The position numbers and the translations under genes were made by a program. DNA of 64,000 nucleotides from Podarcis pityusensis (taxonomy: Eukaryota): assembly GCA_964106645.2 (NCBI GenBank), contig OZ067049.1, one strand, 5' to 3'. Positions 42,001 to 55,582 of this stretch are shown here, one piece after another; position 1 is the first letter of the stretch; every line of letters begins with the position of its first letter. Below the pieces are notes generated by a model. That model made no database searches and was not told the origin of the DNA. It was given only the letters and a program-made list of their open reading frames with translations.

Positions 42001-43034
42001 ATGGCAGCGAGCAGAGCGTCTCAAACAAACGCCTTCCTTCATCGGCTAAGCGAAAGCGGCCGGTCCAACATCAACAACCAGGTCCCCCTTGGCCAGCAGG
42101 CAACGGCCGGTCACCGATCCAGGGTTTCCCGCACAGAAACAGGCCGAGAAAATAATAATAATCCTCATAATGATCATCATAATAATGGAATGCAGTTTCA
42201 GAGCTGTATTAAGGAACAATGACGTGAAAAGAAAGCACTATTCATGCACAGCCCAGAGAGCCTTGATCGTGAGGTTGCAGCACGGAGCCTTCCGAAAATA
42301 AATCAACCCGTTTAGAAGCCTGACCTTTGCAAATAACAATAACAATAATAATAATAATAATAATGACGCCGCTAATCCCAGGGACTGCAGTAAATAACTC
42401 GCCGGGGGAGGGGGGGAAAGGGAAGTGAAAATAAACCGACATCAACGCGACGGAGGAGGGGAACCGACATCCAGCCCAAAGCTGCCTCGGCAAAGAGGCT
42501 TTTAGGCCAGGAGCGAGCGAGAGGAGCGTTGCTGATTTTCTGCAAGGAAATGACAGCCGCCGGGAAATGGAGGAGAGCAGCAACAATAACAGACAGAAAC
42601 AAAGAGCGAGCCTGGCTGCAGGACGTGGGCGGCTGCCTTTCTCGGCGAGGCAGAAAGCACTTCCTGAGTTTCAGGGGAAGCGGCCGAGGCTGGTGCCGGA
42701 GCTGCGGGCAGCAAGCAGCGGGGAGAGGAGCAGAGGCAAGCGGGGGAAGAGCCAACTCCCCCGGCCGGCCGGCCGGCCTGCTTCTCTCTCCCTCTCCGGT
42801 TCCCCAGGCGGCGGCGGCAGCAGCAACAGCAGGAGCCGCCCTGCAGCTTCCCTCCCCGGCGCCTGAGCTTCGGCTCCTCCCGGAGCAGCACTTACCTAGC
42901 GCGGCCTGGCCGGCCTGGCCGCCCAGCAAGGCACCGAAGGCGGCCTGCAGCAGAGCCTCGTAGGCTCTGGGGGAGAAGCAGCCGCGCTCGGCCAGGAGCT
43001 GCAGCCCGCCCTGCACAGACTCCGACAGCTCCAT
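38985..43034 (-). CDS. COMMD3: COMM domain-containing protein 3, 8 coding exons, 588 nt, 195 aa
   Basis: Exons 43034-42896 (139), 41116-41005 (112), 40869-40806 (64), 40714-40680 (35), 40341-40281 (61), 40194-40138 (57), 40031-39972 (60), 39044-38985 (60), all GT-AG. Product: MELSESVQGGLQLLA...DHPDLEHIDPAVLKYCHAAAAT...ITDVCWRLEYQIKTNQLHK...SCSMEQLQDLVGKLKDAAKSLERTTQL*. Lies directly upstream of BMI1, as in mammals. Confidence 0.97.
39972..40031 (-). CDS. COMMD3: COMMD3 exon 7
   Basis: NSDSRSQPDINFSCSMEQLQ. Confidence 0.95.
40138..40194 (-). CDS. COMMD3: COMMD3 exon 6
   Basis: TNQLHKNYHPAYLMTLNVE. Confidence 0.95.
40281..40341 (-). CDS. COMMD3: COMMD3 exon 5
   Basis: IGRCPLHITDVCWRLEYQIK (conserved COMM-domain Trp). 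Confidence 0.95.
40680..40714 (-). CDS. COMMD3: COMMD3 exon 4
   Basis: KNKDTLEILLGS; donor gtatgt. Confidence 0.94.
40806..40869 (-). CDS. COMMD3: COMMD3 exon 3
   Basis: TYLEDCKFDKERIEQFCTEYQ; weak donor gttttc. Confidence 0.94.
41005..41116 (-). CDS. COMMD3: COMMD3 exon 2
   Basis: DHPDLEHIDPAVLKYCHAAAATCIVEAGKQKADKSAIS. Confidence 0.96.
42896..43034 (-). CDS. COMMD3: COMMD3 exon 1, coding part
   Basis: MELSESVQGGLQLLAERGCFSPRAYEALLQAAFGALLGGQAGQAAL; donor gtaagt. Confidence 0.95.
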
Positions 43035-43172
43035 TGTGAGCCGCGCGGTGACCTTCGACACGCCGCCCACGTGATCCCCGCGCTCAGCTGATCCCGCGGC
43101 GAGAGGGAGCTGGAGCTGCAGCGGCGGCGGCTGTGGATTTCAGCCCCGAGCCTGCGAGGAAGGAGGCGGCGC

Positions 43173-43203
<31 letters not shown>

Positions 43204-43265
43204 TCGCCGTTGTTGCTCTGGTGGCTGCGAGTTCAACGTCCACTTCCTCTTTCTCTCTCCCTCTC

Positions 43266-43311
<46 letters not shown>
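43266..43311. repeat. (TTTC)n microsatellite in the COMMD3 promoter
   Basis: Read directly. Confidence 0.95.
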
Positions 43312-43312
<1 letters not shown>

Positions 43313-46300
43313 CCAGGCATTCCTTGAGCATATACTCCCTTTCTTGTACTTGACCCACCACCACCTTCCTTTCATTTTATTTTGTGCTCGCTTTGCGTTT
43401 CATACACAGTAAAGGAAAGGGCCAGCCGCCGCCTCCTGCTCCTTTCATTTCTGGCTGGGGGTGTTGGGGTACCTCGGTTATATTTTGCTAACGCACATCG
43501 AACTGTTTTCAGGTTTTATTGCATGGCTAAGGAAACTGGCCCCACATGGTAGTTATTTGTAAAGGTGGCTTTGGACGTAAACCTCTCTCTCTTTCTCTCT
43601 TACTTTCTCTCTCTCCTTTCCTTTCCATGCTTTGTAGACATGGGATGCAGGACAAGACATGGGATGCTGTTTTCCTTAAGCTATAGGCAAATGGGTTTTG
43701 GATATTCAGAACCACAAAAACTTCTTAAGGAATTGCATAGAAGCAGCAAAGGCAATAATGACAACATTATTGTTTATTATATACAGTAATCCTCATTTTC
43801 CCCTGCATTCTAGCTTTAAAACAACACAGTGTTGTTGCTTTTTTAAAAATAGTATTCTTTATTCATCTATAGCTATGCTGATACATTTATATAATTTACA
43901 AAAGCATTTTAGTGGTAACTGTTAAAAATGCTGCTCTTAATATTTTTATGATATAAAATGCCATTTTTTGTGTTTTATAGGACGCTGACTGCAGTTTCAT
44001 TAGTTTCTGCAGAGTAGATTCTTAAAATTAAAGGTCAGGGCATTTTTGTAGATGGCCTACTGCTAAAGTAGGAAGGGGAAAGGGGAAGTTTCTTAATATT
44101 TTATTATTTATTTATTATATAATTTATGACTCACCTAACCAAGATATTCTCTAGGCAACAGCAGAATAAACAAAGTTAAAGAGAATTTGGTAAAAAAAAA
44201 AAAAAACCTCAGCACTAGTTCAACAATAAGATCCAGCCTTAAAGTCCAACTCAGCATAAGAAAGTGACAAATTCTGGAAACATTTAAGTTGGCAGTCCCT
44301 TCTCCCCCATTTTATTGTTCTTGACGCTATGGGGAAATTGCTAAAAAAACATAATATTAATATTATTAAAAATAGATGGGTTAAAGAAGAAGTCATGATC
44401 TAACTTCACAATGAAAACATTGCTCTCTTTTTTCTTGTTGGAGTTTGACTCATTGGGTGATGGATTGTATTAACAGCCTGAACACCAGCCAAATTGATTC
44501 TGCGAAGTTACAATTGGATTTTGTGAGCGATTTATGATTTCTACATTTATTACAAGTCACTTGGCTACTTCTGGACATGTCACTTTCCTTGTTACAGATA
44601 ACTGAACTCATTCACTAGCAGCCTACTGAGGAATATTGGGATAAAAGCCTTTTGGAAGATCTATCTTTAAAATCAAACTGGAGTTGCATAGCACATATTT
44701 ATCATCTCCTATGCATAGGTGAATATGACTTTTTTGTTTTTCTATATTCACGTCAGTAACATGTAAAAACAAATGGCACTAGCATATTAATATTACTCGT
44801 GCACAAAAGACTGCAGCTATGTGCCTTTGGGAGCAAGTTCCATTGAATATACTGGAACTTCTAAGTAAATATACATAGGGTTGGGGTTTTGGATGGAAAT
44901 GACATTTCCTCTGACTTCGTGAGAAGCCTCCAATTTGTTTGAAGTGACAATGGATTTTACCTTTACATACTAAGATGCACCCCACAAGATGTAAATCCCC
45001 CCCTTTTTTTAAAAAAAAAGTGTTACATGCACTGAAATTGTTGTGCTTAGAATGCCATACACACTGATGGTGCTGTAACAACATATATATCATTTTTATA
45101 AAAAAAATTTTGGGGGGGTGTAAGCTATTCATGCCAATGAATAGTTTTGCATAAAAATTGAATGGCAGTAATACTTGAAACATAAATAAGATTGGCACCA
45201 ATTTTATTTTCAGTTTGGTGCCATGTTAAAACCCGGTTATTTGCCCATGCTTTTAGTAATTGTTAATTTCACTGCTTAATTTGTAATGAACACTGCTTGT
45301 GTTTTAAGATTATTTATTGTTTTTCTACAACTGATCAGTAGTTAGATTTGTTGTTTTAATGACTGGTGTACATCACCTGAGTGCTTGGATAGAGGGTGAG
45401 TTCTTAATTATTCAATTATTGTTAATTATTCAAAACTAGCTTTCATTAGGCACTCTCTTCTCAGTTATGTTTTTTTTTTTTTAATAATGATGAAGGAAAT
45501 GGAAAGGTACATCAAAAATCATTAGGCAACTGATTAATGGCCTGAAAAAGGACCTGAAAGTTAACTGGAGAAAACTTCTAACTATTCACAGTTGTGTTTC
45601 AGAATGCAAAGAACCATAGGCCTTTTTTGTTCCTAAACAGAGGAAGGAGCAAAAGGAGGATTCCAGTGTCTACAGCTGCAGAATTGCAAAGATTGATCGA
45701 CTCTCTTTTAATCAATTATTCACAATTAAAAAATTAATCATATCTAACCTGTATGTATTACCAAAATGTCATCATAGGTGCTTTTTGAGATGGTGAAATA
45801 AGCATAACTTACAATTGAATATACAAAGCAAGTGTTACTACTCTTTGCTGCAAGGGCAGAGCATCTTTTTCATTTCCTATTGTTACCCACAACTACCAAA
45901 ATAGCCTGTAACACCCCCCCATACAAATGTGTGCTCTTAACTCTCAGCAACACTGATTTATCAATTAACTCATGCTGTCCTTTTAATAGCAAATCATGCA
46001 CATTCATAAAGTGAAATGAGAGGGAGAGAGGCCTCATATTTATTCATATGGGCTGGGATCCAAAGAACCCCTTAGTCTTCACACCAAGGTCTTCTGTAAT
46101 TTCTAAAAGTTTATTCTTTGGGCAGATGCTTGCCACAAGCACCCTAAGATGAAATTTCCATGTCACATCAGGAGGTGGGGTTGGAGGAAAAAAACAGTAG
46201 CTCCAACACCCTCTTGGGCTTGTGGAGCTTTGGTTCCTGAGTTTTTGGATCCTGGCTGTCGTTTGTTAACATCATGCATCGGAATGCCTGCACTGTGGCC

Positions 46301-47379
46301 GGAACCTTCTGCTGTAGAAGTCTGCCACAAATGGTACTTCTTCCAAAGTAGCCTCCCAGTCTATCATTTTCTCTCTCTTGTGATCTCTTTCTAAAAGGCA
46401 CACCCAAATAGGACAAGGTACAGCAGCGCTAGCCTTGCAAAGGTATTCATTTAGGCTCACCTTTATTACTGTAGTAAGCTACACCCCTGGTAGTAAAGCA
46501 TATTTGTGTTTGCTTTACTGGAACTTTAATTTGTTGGAAGAGGGGAAATGACAATATATGGATTGCTAGAGAGACTACATACACAGATAAAGGTAGAAAT
46601 TAGGAATATTTTACCTGTTACATATTTTATCTCATATATGTTTATCTCATATTTCTGTAACCCTTGACATATCTTCCCCAGCAATAATCAAACCTGCCTC
46701 ATACACATTCACTTCCTTTTTAATCTAAAACGTGATGATTTTAAATCAGCAACTGGTAAATAAATAGTAGCTGCCATTTTGCTTGTCAAGTGATATTCTG
46801 CTACTATTTTTTCACTTGCTACCTTTGGTTGGCAGGTTAGGGTCTACTGTCAACAGATTCTAGCTGGGAAGCTGTTAATAGTAATTATTTCCACCAAAAC
46901 CTTAAAGCTGTAATTAACTAGGCAGCAGTGCTTTCCCGATTAAGAGAAAGAAGTGCCAGTACTCATATATTGATAAAAGTGCCGTGGTTGCCAGCAGAAA
47001 ATGGCTGCCATGAGCAGCAAAAAAAGCGTTGACAATATTCCACACTGGTGAATACTGTCACCCAAAAAGCCCTACTGGGGAGTAAGCCCTATTTAACCCA
47101 ATGGGACTTTGTTCTGAGTAAGCATGCACAGGACTGTACTGTAAAAGAATGCTTTATAAGCCTCAGAGTGATCAGCTAATGGAGTTGAATAATATACTGG
47201 AAACTGCATTTCTTATTATTTCGCCTCTTCAAAACACAATGTATTATCAACTGCAGGTACAGCATCATCAGTTCATGATGGAAGTCAGGGAGAGGTTTAG
47301 TTGGTTGAGAATCGTAACAATTAATAGTGCTCTTTTTAGTTAATTAAACCATGGCAATATTATTGTCGCCTCTGAAAAG

Positions 47380-47600
47380 ACCACATTCATTAGATACCTG
47401 TTTATTCAGGCCTTTGGTCAAATGATTCTCTTTCCTCCTGCTGCATTGCTGTTCTGTGGTGCTTTCAAATTCTGTTCTGTGGTTTTATCTTATGATTTTA
47501 AAATAAATTGTACTCATTTTAATTGTACCATTTTTGTAACCTACCCTGGGATCACTTGATGAAGGGCAGGCTATATGCACAAATAAAAATAATAAATAAA
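47380..47600 (+). mobile_element. L2-type LINE 3' end, degenerate
   Basis: ...ttttgtaacctaccctgggatcacttgatgaagggcagg...aaataaaaataataaataaa; similar tails at ~10330, ~14730, ~21820 (minus) and ~51480. Confidence 0.45.
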
Positions 47601-50600
47601 GATACCGGAAGTTTGAAATAAAGGTGCTATGAATGTTCAGCAGAGGTGCAGCTCACCTTAGCAATTGTTAATGAGATTAGTGCCTACTGAAAAGTTATAT
47701 TTTCATTTCTTTAAAGAAACCTGAGCACTCCTTCCCTAACACTTTTCTAGACAAGGCCAAACAAATTATCTTGCTCTGCAGGGACTGTCTGTTTTCCCCT
47801 CCTTTGTCCTGAGCAGAGACAATCCAGCCAGTTAAGCGTTTTAAGTAACAAAATATTTTATTGTTCCCAGTCACCCATGAAGGATCTGTTGCTTTCAAAC
47901 CTCACCATTTATTATTATTTTTTGAACCGATGGGGCCACCAAAAAATATAATTCAAGTTACTCTGTATCTCTTAATTTCAATTTCCCATTATGCCATTGC
48001 TAAAGATCACTGACTGGATGTACCAAAGGGAGTGTTTGTAATTAAGATCCAGCCTCCTCACCATAGCATCAACAAGAAAACATGCTTCTCAGCTGCAGGA
48101 TCTGTCCCTTAATACCCCGTTCATAAAATGCAGCGTGTACAAACACACACACAGAGAGAACACTGTGTTTTGCTAATAATGATTTCAAGAAGCAAAATCT
48201 GCCATGCGTCTTGAAGCAGTATTTTTGTTTTGAGACCTTGCCATCAAAGTGAAAGTCTGAAGGGTAATGACCTCTGATGCCCTCAACCCACACATCATGG
48301 TCAGCTTTATTTTTTACTCTGCCAGAAGAAAGTAGCAGAAGAACGAGAGAAGGACATCAGAAAGGAAAATAAAAATATCATTAGCACAGTCTCCTTCTAA
48401 CAAGTACTGTATCTCTTTTGTGTTTGCATGAAGGAAAACAGTGTATTTAAAGAATTGGGGGGAGGACATAGGAAAAAAACGGTGGTAGAAATGTTATGTT
48501 TACGAAGCAAAGCCCAGAGTGGACAAAACTGATGTATAAATTACCTCATATTATCCTGTGTAAAGTACATTTTAAATCTTACCAGGCCCAACATTTCAGT
48601 TTAGCATCCTTTATTTTTAACTGAAAGATCAAAGTCAGTTCCTACCATATAGAGAAGTCTAAAAAACCCATATTTGTTTTTGAGTAGGTTTTCTGAAAAG
48701 GGCATATTGAGGGACAAAAGCTCACAAAGGAAATACTGTACAATTCGAATATAAATTACTTGATTAGTTGGACTAATTGCCACAACCTAACAAAAAGCCT
48801 TAGCTTAATAACTAAATGCATAGGACATGTTGCATTAAATCCAAATGCCCCCCTCCCCATTTGATTGCAACAAAGCTCAGGAATTAGGGGAAAAAACTAT
48901 TAAAAAAGGTATTTACTTAAACAACAAAACAAAACCTGGAACAGAATTAAGGGAGAGGAAAAAGAGAGGATTTTGCATTTTCTGCAAAACTCTTAGTGAT
49001 GTCAAAAGCAGTTTAATTTGACTGATGGAACGTTGTATAGCCTCTCCTCTTTGGTAGGAATTCCCTTTCTCTCTCTTTCTCTCTCTCTTTTACTTGTAAA
49101 AAAGGAAAGCATGAAAAATAGACCTTGTTGTGTGCTGCTGTCCTAGTGACTTCAAGCATAGCCAAACAAAACAAAAACCCCAAACGCCACAGCCTATGAA
49201 CAAATAAAATGGCCCAGAAAATGTTCTGCATTTACTCTTTCCTTTACAACTTGTACATATAGTTTAAGAAACTAAATACATCCATGGATAAAATTATTAT
49301 TTGCTGCTCTTTTTAGATGGGGTGAGGGGGGGTGAGGGTTGGCACTAAGAAATGTGTATCAAGTATAGAATGCAGCGTTCATTAAAATAAATAAATCTGC
49401 CACTATACGTAATGGGGATTTCCTACAATATAACTATTTTGCAATTAAGTGGAATACCAATGAAGAAAATGCATGCAAGATACATTGCTTTTTTAACTTT
49501 TGAGTTTGTTTTTTAAACAGATTTCACTTTGATGGCTTCATATTTTATTTCTCTTTATCAATGAAGTTCCCATCTAGATCTATTTGCTCTACATTTCCTA
49601 CTCTGAAGAAGTCCATCTGCTTGAACAAGAGTGAAAATATGCCGGAAGGGCATATATGAGTTAGGGCCTTTTAAATCATTCTGTTTAGCTGATTGATTTT
49701 TAATCCTTTGGAGAAATGCTAAAAAAATATGCCTTACTGGGAAATGACGCACTTTAAAAACTTCAGTGGTATTTTTAAAACATAGCAATGGAAGTTCAAG
49801 CTCCCTGACGATTCACTTAAAATATTGACTCAAATTTTAAAGATTTATTTTAAGATCAATTCCAGGCAACAGAGGTCTGTTCAAATCAGAGACACAGAGA
49901 CAAGAGTATAAAGCTGAGGTCTTTAAAATAAGTAGTTTTAATTAGAAGTACTGGACACTATTAAAATGCAATATCTAATTAATATATTTGGGCTTCATTC
50001 ACTGGCACAGGCATCAAAACTGCTGCAGTAGTTCTGTTAACAGAAAGATGAAACAGGTACAGATGGATTCTAAGATTCCTTGAAAGATCTGAAACAGGAC
50101 AGTTTAACTGTTCAGAAGGTGTGGTTCCCACAAGATAGCAGCCAGAAATTCAGTCAGTGTCTAGTAGAAGGCAGTGCTGAGATTTCCCCTTTCACATATT
50201 TTAATAGTCCTTTGAATTGTGGCTTGCTGGGACATTTGGGAACTTATGTGTACTGTATATGCAAAAATACAAATCACATTTACTGAATGATGTAACGCAG
50301 CTCACAGAACAATAGATAAAATTTTTGTGTGTACATTTTAAATATACATTTTTTTGCTAACCAGCACAATCTTAAGTTTATTATGTAGTGTCCCCAGTTG
50401 TTGAGTCTCTGCTACCTTGGTTATGTAAAATTCTTGCTCCCATTTAGCACTTTCTTAGTTAAAAAATATATAAAGCACTTCTGCATTTACAGAACAGTAG
50501 CAGTGAGGCCTGTAAATGACACCTGGCTTAAATTGACGGGAGAGAAATTCATAAAACATTAACACTACCATTTAAGTTTTATACAAAATTTAAGTTTACA

Positions 50601-52918
50601 GCAGGCAGAGAAGCCAGATTTAATAAGAACAATGTTTGTTCTTAATTTCTATCTCTTCTATATCTGCATTTAACTGTATCTTTTGAATGCACATTCCTCA
50701 TTCATGTCAATTGCCACAATGTGACAAATATTGAATAATCCACAGAATATATTGTCAGGGCAATGACCATTTTTATTTGCAAGTAGAATGCAACTCTGAA
50801 AATAATCCCTACCTAAATATTCTCCACATGTATAAAAGTTTCTGAATTAGTGATGAAACATTGCTATACTGTAATATATTCCCTACATGTAGGTTTCTGG
50901 CTACTGAGTTTTACTGAGAGAAGACTTGACGGTTGTCAATGTTTTAAGACCATCTGGTGTTTTGCATTCATACTTCATTGCTGCCGAGATAAAACTTTGG
51001 AAAGGTATGCAGAGCTCTTCTGCATTCTGACGGTTATGGCAAACAGCCACACCATCTTTCCCTAAATACTAGGAGTGTGCATGTAGGAGGGGGTTTTGAA
51101 TATAACATTTAGCAGACAAATCTTAGAGGAAACAGAGCAACATGTTTGTGACCTGAGTGTTTGCCATGGTACTAAAATGTGATTTAGCGTAAGGCCAAGC
51201 TGGTAAAATAGTTTGTGTTTGTATAACAAACAGAAACTTGTTTTCCTTAACTCTGGTTCTAGTCAGCTTTTTTAGCAAGTCACAGAAGGAGTGATCCAGG
51301 AAATGTAGCAAGGCTTTCTCCAGTCTTCTTTGGTCAATATTCAAGAGTGCACAGTCAGCGAAGATGCTTTTCAAAGGACCATAGAACTGAAAAATAATTC
51401 TGTATTGTCACTGGGTTTTTTATATCAGTTGTATTTTATGATGCATTGAGGCTTTAAACTTTCATTGCTTTTATATGTTGGAAGCCACCATTTAGGTTTG
51501 ACCCTAAAAAGGTGGCCTGCATATATTTTAAATAAAGAATACATGAATTAGGTGAGGAATAATGTAAAATGGTTTATGTTTCAAAGCAGCAACAATGCAA
51601 GAATTCTAACCAAACATTTAGATGTGTGTAATGCCGGGGGGAACAGGGACAGGAAGATCAGAACCTCAATTATTATGCATCATCCGATGGAAAATGCTAC
51701 GTTTTTCAGTGCAATACACTTGCCTGATGAAAAGTGTATAGATGCTTTCTCAAAACTTATTTTATTTTTGATTGTTGGTTATGTAAATGGGAATTCCACA
51801 CTTTATGGCCTAGCAGTAGTGAGAAGGGGCCGCCTCTACCATTAGACAGAGAGAGGCGGTGGCCTCAGGCAGCAAATTTTGTGTATCATAAACAGCAGCA
51901 AATGTTTTGTTATTTAACACATCATTGTTGCATTTTGCTGTCAGAGAGCTGAGCGGAGAGAGGGAGGGTTATGGGATTTTCTGTCTGAGGTGCCAGAATA
52001 AATGGGTTGGCCTTGTGAATAGCATGTATCCTGATTTAGGAGGGAGAGCAGCCTTTGTAACTCTGTATAAGGCAGCAAAATGCCTTGGGCTAGCCTGTAG
52101 TAATAGGATGGCTAACAATGTTGCATGAAGAAGTCCTAAGTCTCAGGTACCTTTTATCTATAAAAAGAACTGCTTTAATTTTAATGGCAATCACATAAGC
52201 CAGGTCCTGCCTGCAATATACAGGATTCTTTGTGAATAGATACAATTTCCCACTCAAGAAAGATGCTTTTAATATTCATTTTAAAGCCTAATGTTTTCCA
52301 CTAAAGACAACAAAAAATAAATAGATTTGTTGAAGAAATGTGCTTCACATCAGCCCAATTTCTACAGCAGAAATGTGAAGAGCGAGAATCTGTGAAATAG
52401 CAACTAGATATTAGGGAACAGATGTACAAGTAGCCTTGAGAGGAGTCTCACATAGATCTAGATTGCTGGTTTTCACATGGCCGAAGTCACCAAGCACAAA
52501 ATGCTGTTTGCAGTTCAGCCTGCTATTAAATGGTAATTATTAAACAAAAACCCACGTGGAATCTGAACTGCAAATTGCCTATACCCCTTAAAATATCAGT
52601 TCCCTTGCATGTTTTATTTTATTCTGGGCTTACTTGATTACCTCCAGTAGATGTCTGATAAGATAAAGACACTACATACAGAGATATTTATGGAGGCAAA
52701 GTGGGGGAGAGAATGCATTTCTGTTAAGAAATTACTCAAATCAAAATATCCATTGCAACTCGTAGAAATAACATTGGAAGAAATGTGAACACAATTGTGC
52801 TCTACCTAACAGCATTAACCATGTGTAATGAACATGAAAAAAAGTGTGTAGGCACAATCTATGAAGACATTTTGCTGTGCAAATTCAATGGAAATGAATG
52901 GAATTGGTGCAAGGGCAC

Positions 52919-52930
52919 TGTGTGTGTGTA

Positions 52931-52991
<61 letters not shown>
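52919..52991. repeat. Compound (TG)n(AG)n microsatellite
   Basis: Read directly. Confidence 0.95.
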
Positions 52992-52994
<3 letters not shown>

Positions 52995-53924
52995 GAATGT
53001 TCTGGTGGATTGTGCTTTCACTTAATAATCACATTCTCTCTGCCCCCCTTGAATACTGTAAAAAAAATATTGATTATTTGAGATTATTTATCTGCACTTG
53101 AACTTCATTTTTTTGTATGGAATATTCACGTTTGCATAAACCCACCACTGTATCAAAACAAAACATATCCCTGCCTGGTGACTGAGCTGCGGCTGCAGAA
53201 TTGGCAGTAAAATGTCAAAATAATGATTACAACCTAAGATGATCACTCAAGGAAAATGCATTCCGACTTCTTCTATTCCTTAGTACCTAAAGCATTGCAA
53301 ATGGGTAATAAGGCAAATACAGATTTGCAGAATTTATAATTCCTAGAAGCGGAGCGGTCAAGACATCTTTCAACAACAGTGATGAAATATTGCAAGAACT
53401 CAGACAGGTAATGAGTGAGTGGGAAAGCTTCATCTGCAAAGATATGGCATTAAATTTAACTTTAAAGTAGGGTGAACCTGATGATCAGCAGCTGATAACT
53501 ATGATAGGGAAAGGGGAAAAATAGGGTGGATAAATTAATGGATATGTAGCTAAACAAGAGGTGTCTGAACTGGGGAGGTCTATGTGAATTATTGTATAAG
53601 GATGAAAATAGGATCTTTAAATATAAAACTGGAAAAAATTCCATAAATAATAAAAAAGAAATATTGCAAGAATTTTTGGAGGACAGTAGAAACTTTATTA
53701 TTTGCACAATTTCCCTTAGTTTTCTGTTTTGTAAAACAGTCATTTTGAGAAGTATTCTAAGGATTTAGGAAGTGAACTTAGCTATTATCAGTGCTGCAAA
53801 AAGACTAGATTCTTAAAGCAACATCTTCATCTGCTGTTATATATTTTCACATACTTGTTCCTATCTACTGCACCGCAATGTAAAAGATTAGCAAATAAGC
53901 ACCTTTTCTGATGTGTGCTACTAA

Positions 53925-54050
53925 AATGTCTGATGAAGTAGAAAGAAGTCCACTAAGGTTTATATGCCAGAATAAATATAGTTATTGTTTAAGGTGCCAC
54001 AATAATCTCTTTTGTTTTTGCTGCAAAAGGCTAACTCAACTACCCTTCGG
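53925..54050 (+). mobile_element. Penelope-like terminal-repeat remnant
   Basis: tctgatgaagtag...agtccactaaggttt-atgccagaataaa...tttaaggtgccacaa...tttgtttttgctgca...ctaac. Confidence 0.5.
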
Positions 54051-54199
54051 TAAAATATATGAGTATTTTTGGTTTGACTGATTTCACACAGTTCTTGAGG
54101 TATCCTGCTGAACCCGTCAGATTCATGTTAAGATCATTATTTTGCCTTCAAATGTTTAAAATCTAAGTATTTTGTTTCAAGACAATGTTGAACAACATC

Positions 54200-54752
54200 A
54201 TGACTGGGCATGGTGAACAATTAATTCATTATACACATATATATTTGCATCTTTATTATAGTGATTATTTCCATGATTCCAAATATTGTCCTTGGGCGAT
54301 TCAAAATATACATGCATTGATGAATTTGCCCTTCCGATCTTGGTGATGATGACCATGGTTATTCTAATACATGAGACAGATATTCAACCTCTATCTGTGT
54401 ATGTAATGATAGTTTCTCTTGGTGACCTGAAGTACACGAACTGTTCAAATTGTTGTTGGAAAACATATGATTCAATTGCAAATAAGATCAGATCTATGGA
54501 TTAATTTACTCGGTTGCATTAAATTTGTTCCATTATATTCTATTTGCTTTATACCTTCGTGTTTCTGTTGCCTAAATTTTTTTTCGTGTCTTCCCCCCCT
54601 CTCAGAATTATGATTATTGTTCATGATCATTTGCTTTCCTTGGATTAAAACTGTGGACTTTTCAATATATTTTATTTGGTGCTGGTCATCATGATAGGCT
54701 ACTTGATGACTGATATCATTATTGCAAACAATATATGTGTCTCTCACTGGAT
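54200..54752 (-). pseudogene. Decayed coding-like segment of unknown origin (strand tentative)
   Basis: Acceptor ccttgcag| at 54753-54754, then 93 open codons in AT-rich DNA, then a 126-nt-period repeat differing mainly at wobble positions. Confidence 0.3.
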
Positions 54753-55582
54753 CTGCAAGGCATATTTAAAATAATTGCTGAAAGATAAATTATCTGTGTT
54801 CTTTACTCCAGAGAATTATTATCTTTATTCCATAAACCTTTAAAATATCACCTGTTTTTAAATAGGGACAGGATCCGGGGAACAGCAAAACTTGTTCCAA
54901 GTGCCCAAGTGTCCTTTAGGCTTATATTTCTCAATTTCTTCAGTCTCCTCCCACCCGCAATATATATTTATTGTTTATTTGCAGTAATTTTTCCAGATAC
55001 AGATCTCGGTGTTATATTACACATGGAAAACACCAAAATAACAATACAACCATAACATTATAGTAGTGCACAGCGATTGTCTGATTAGATAAGAAAAGCT
55101 ATATGCTTAGTATGTCACATGCAAACAATATCACTATTCTGAAGCTTGTTAGGAATGACTTAACCGAGGAGATGCCTAGGTAGTAAGTCCAGCCAGAAAG
55201 TTTTCTGAGTGGCTGGATGTGTTACAACACATCTCTGCCCAGTTATGTAATGCAAAAAGCGGTTCCATGTGTCTGCAAATTTATCTCTCTTGCCTCTCAT
55301 AACATGATGCCTTTAAATCTGTTTCCTCCTTATTGTTTACATTAAGGAAACTTTTAAAATGCAAAGAACTGAAAATTTACCCCCATCAGCATTTGAGCCT
55401 GGGAGTGTCTATAGGATGGCGTTTGGATTTATGAGTTGTGATTCCATTTCCAGCTTAGTGCAGAACAGCAATGAAAACACCTGTTTTCAATATGTAATGG
55501 TGCCTTCTATAGAACTTTTGCTGTACCAAGATAACAGGGTTTTGTTTTTGTTTGGTTTTTTAAGAAATACAATACTCTATGC

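Larger units (their letters stand above)
41800..43450. promoter_or_regulatory. COMMD3 promoter CpG island (E-box 43068-43073, (GCC)n 43177-43203)
   Basis: CpG-dense block over exon 1, sharply bounded by AT-rich DNA. Confidence 0.8.

Noticed and set aside
43035-43070. GTG-initiated 12-residue N-terminal extension of COMMD3
   Set aside because: The ATG at 43034 has good context (acaATGG) and gives the expected MELSESVQ start; the GTG is part of an E-box.
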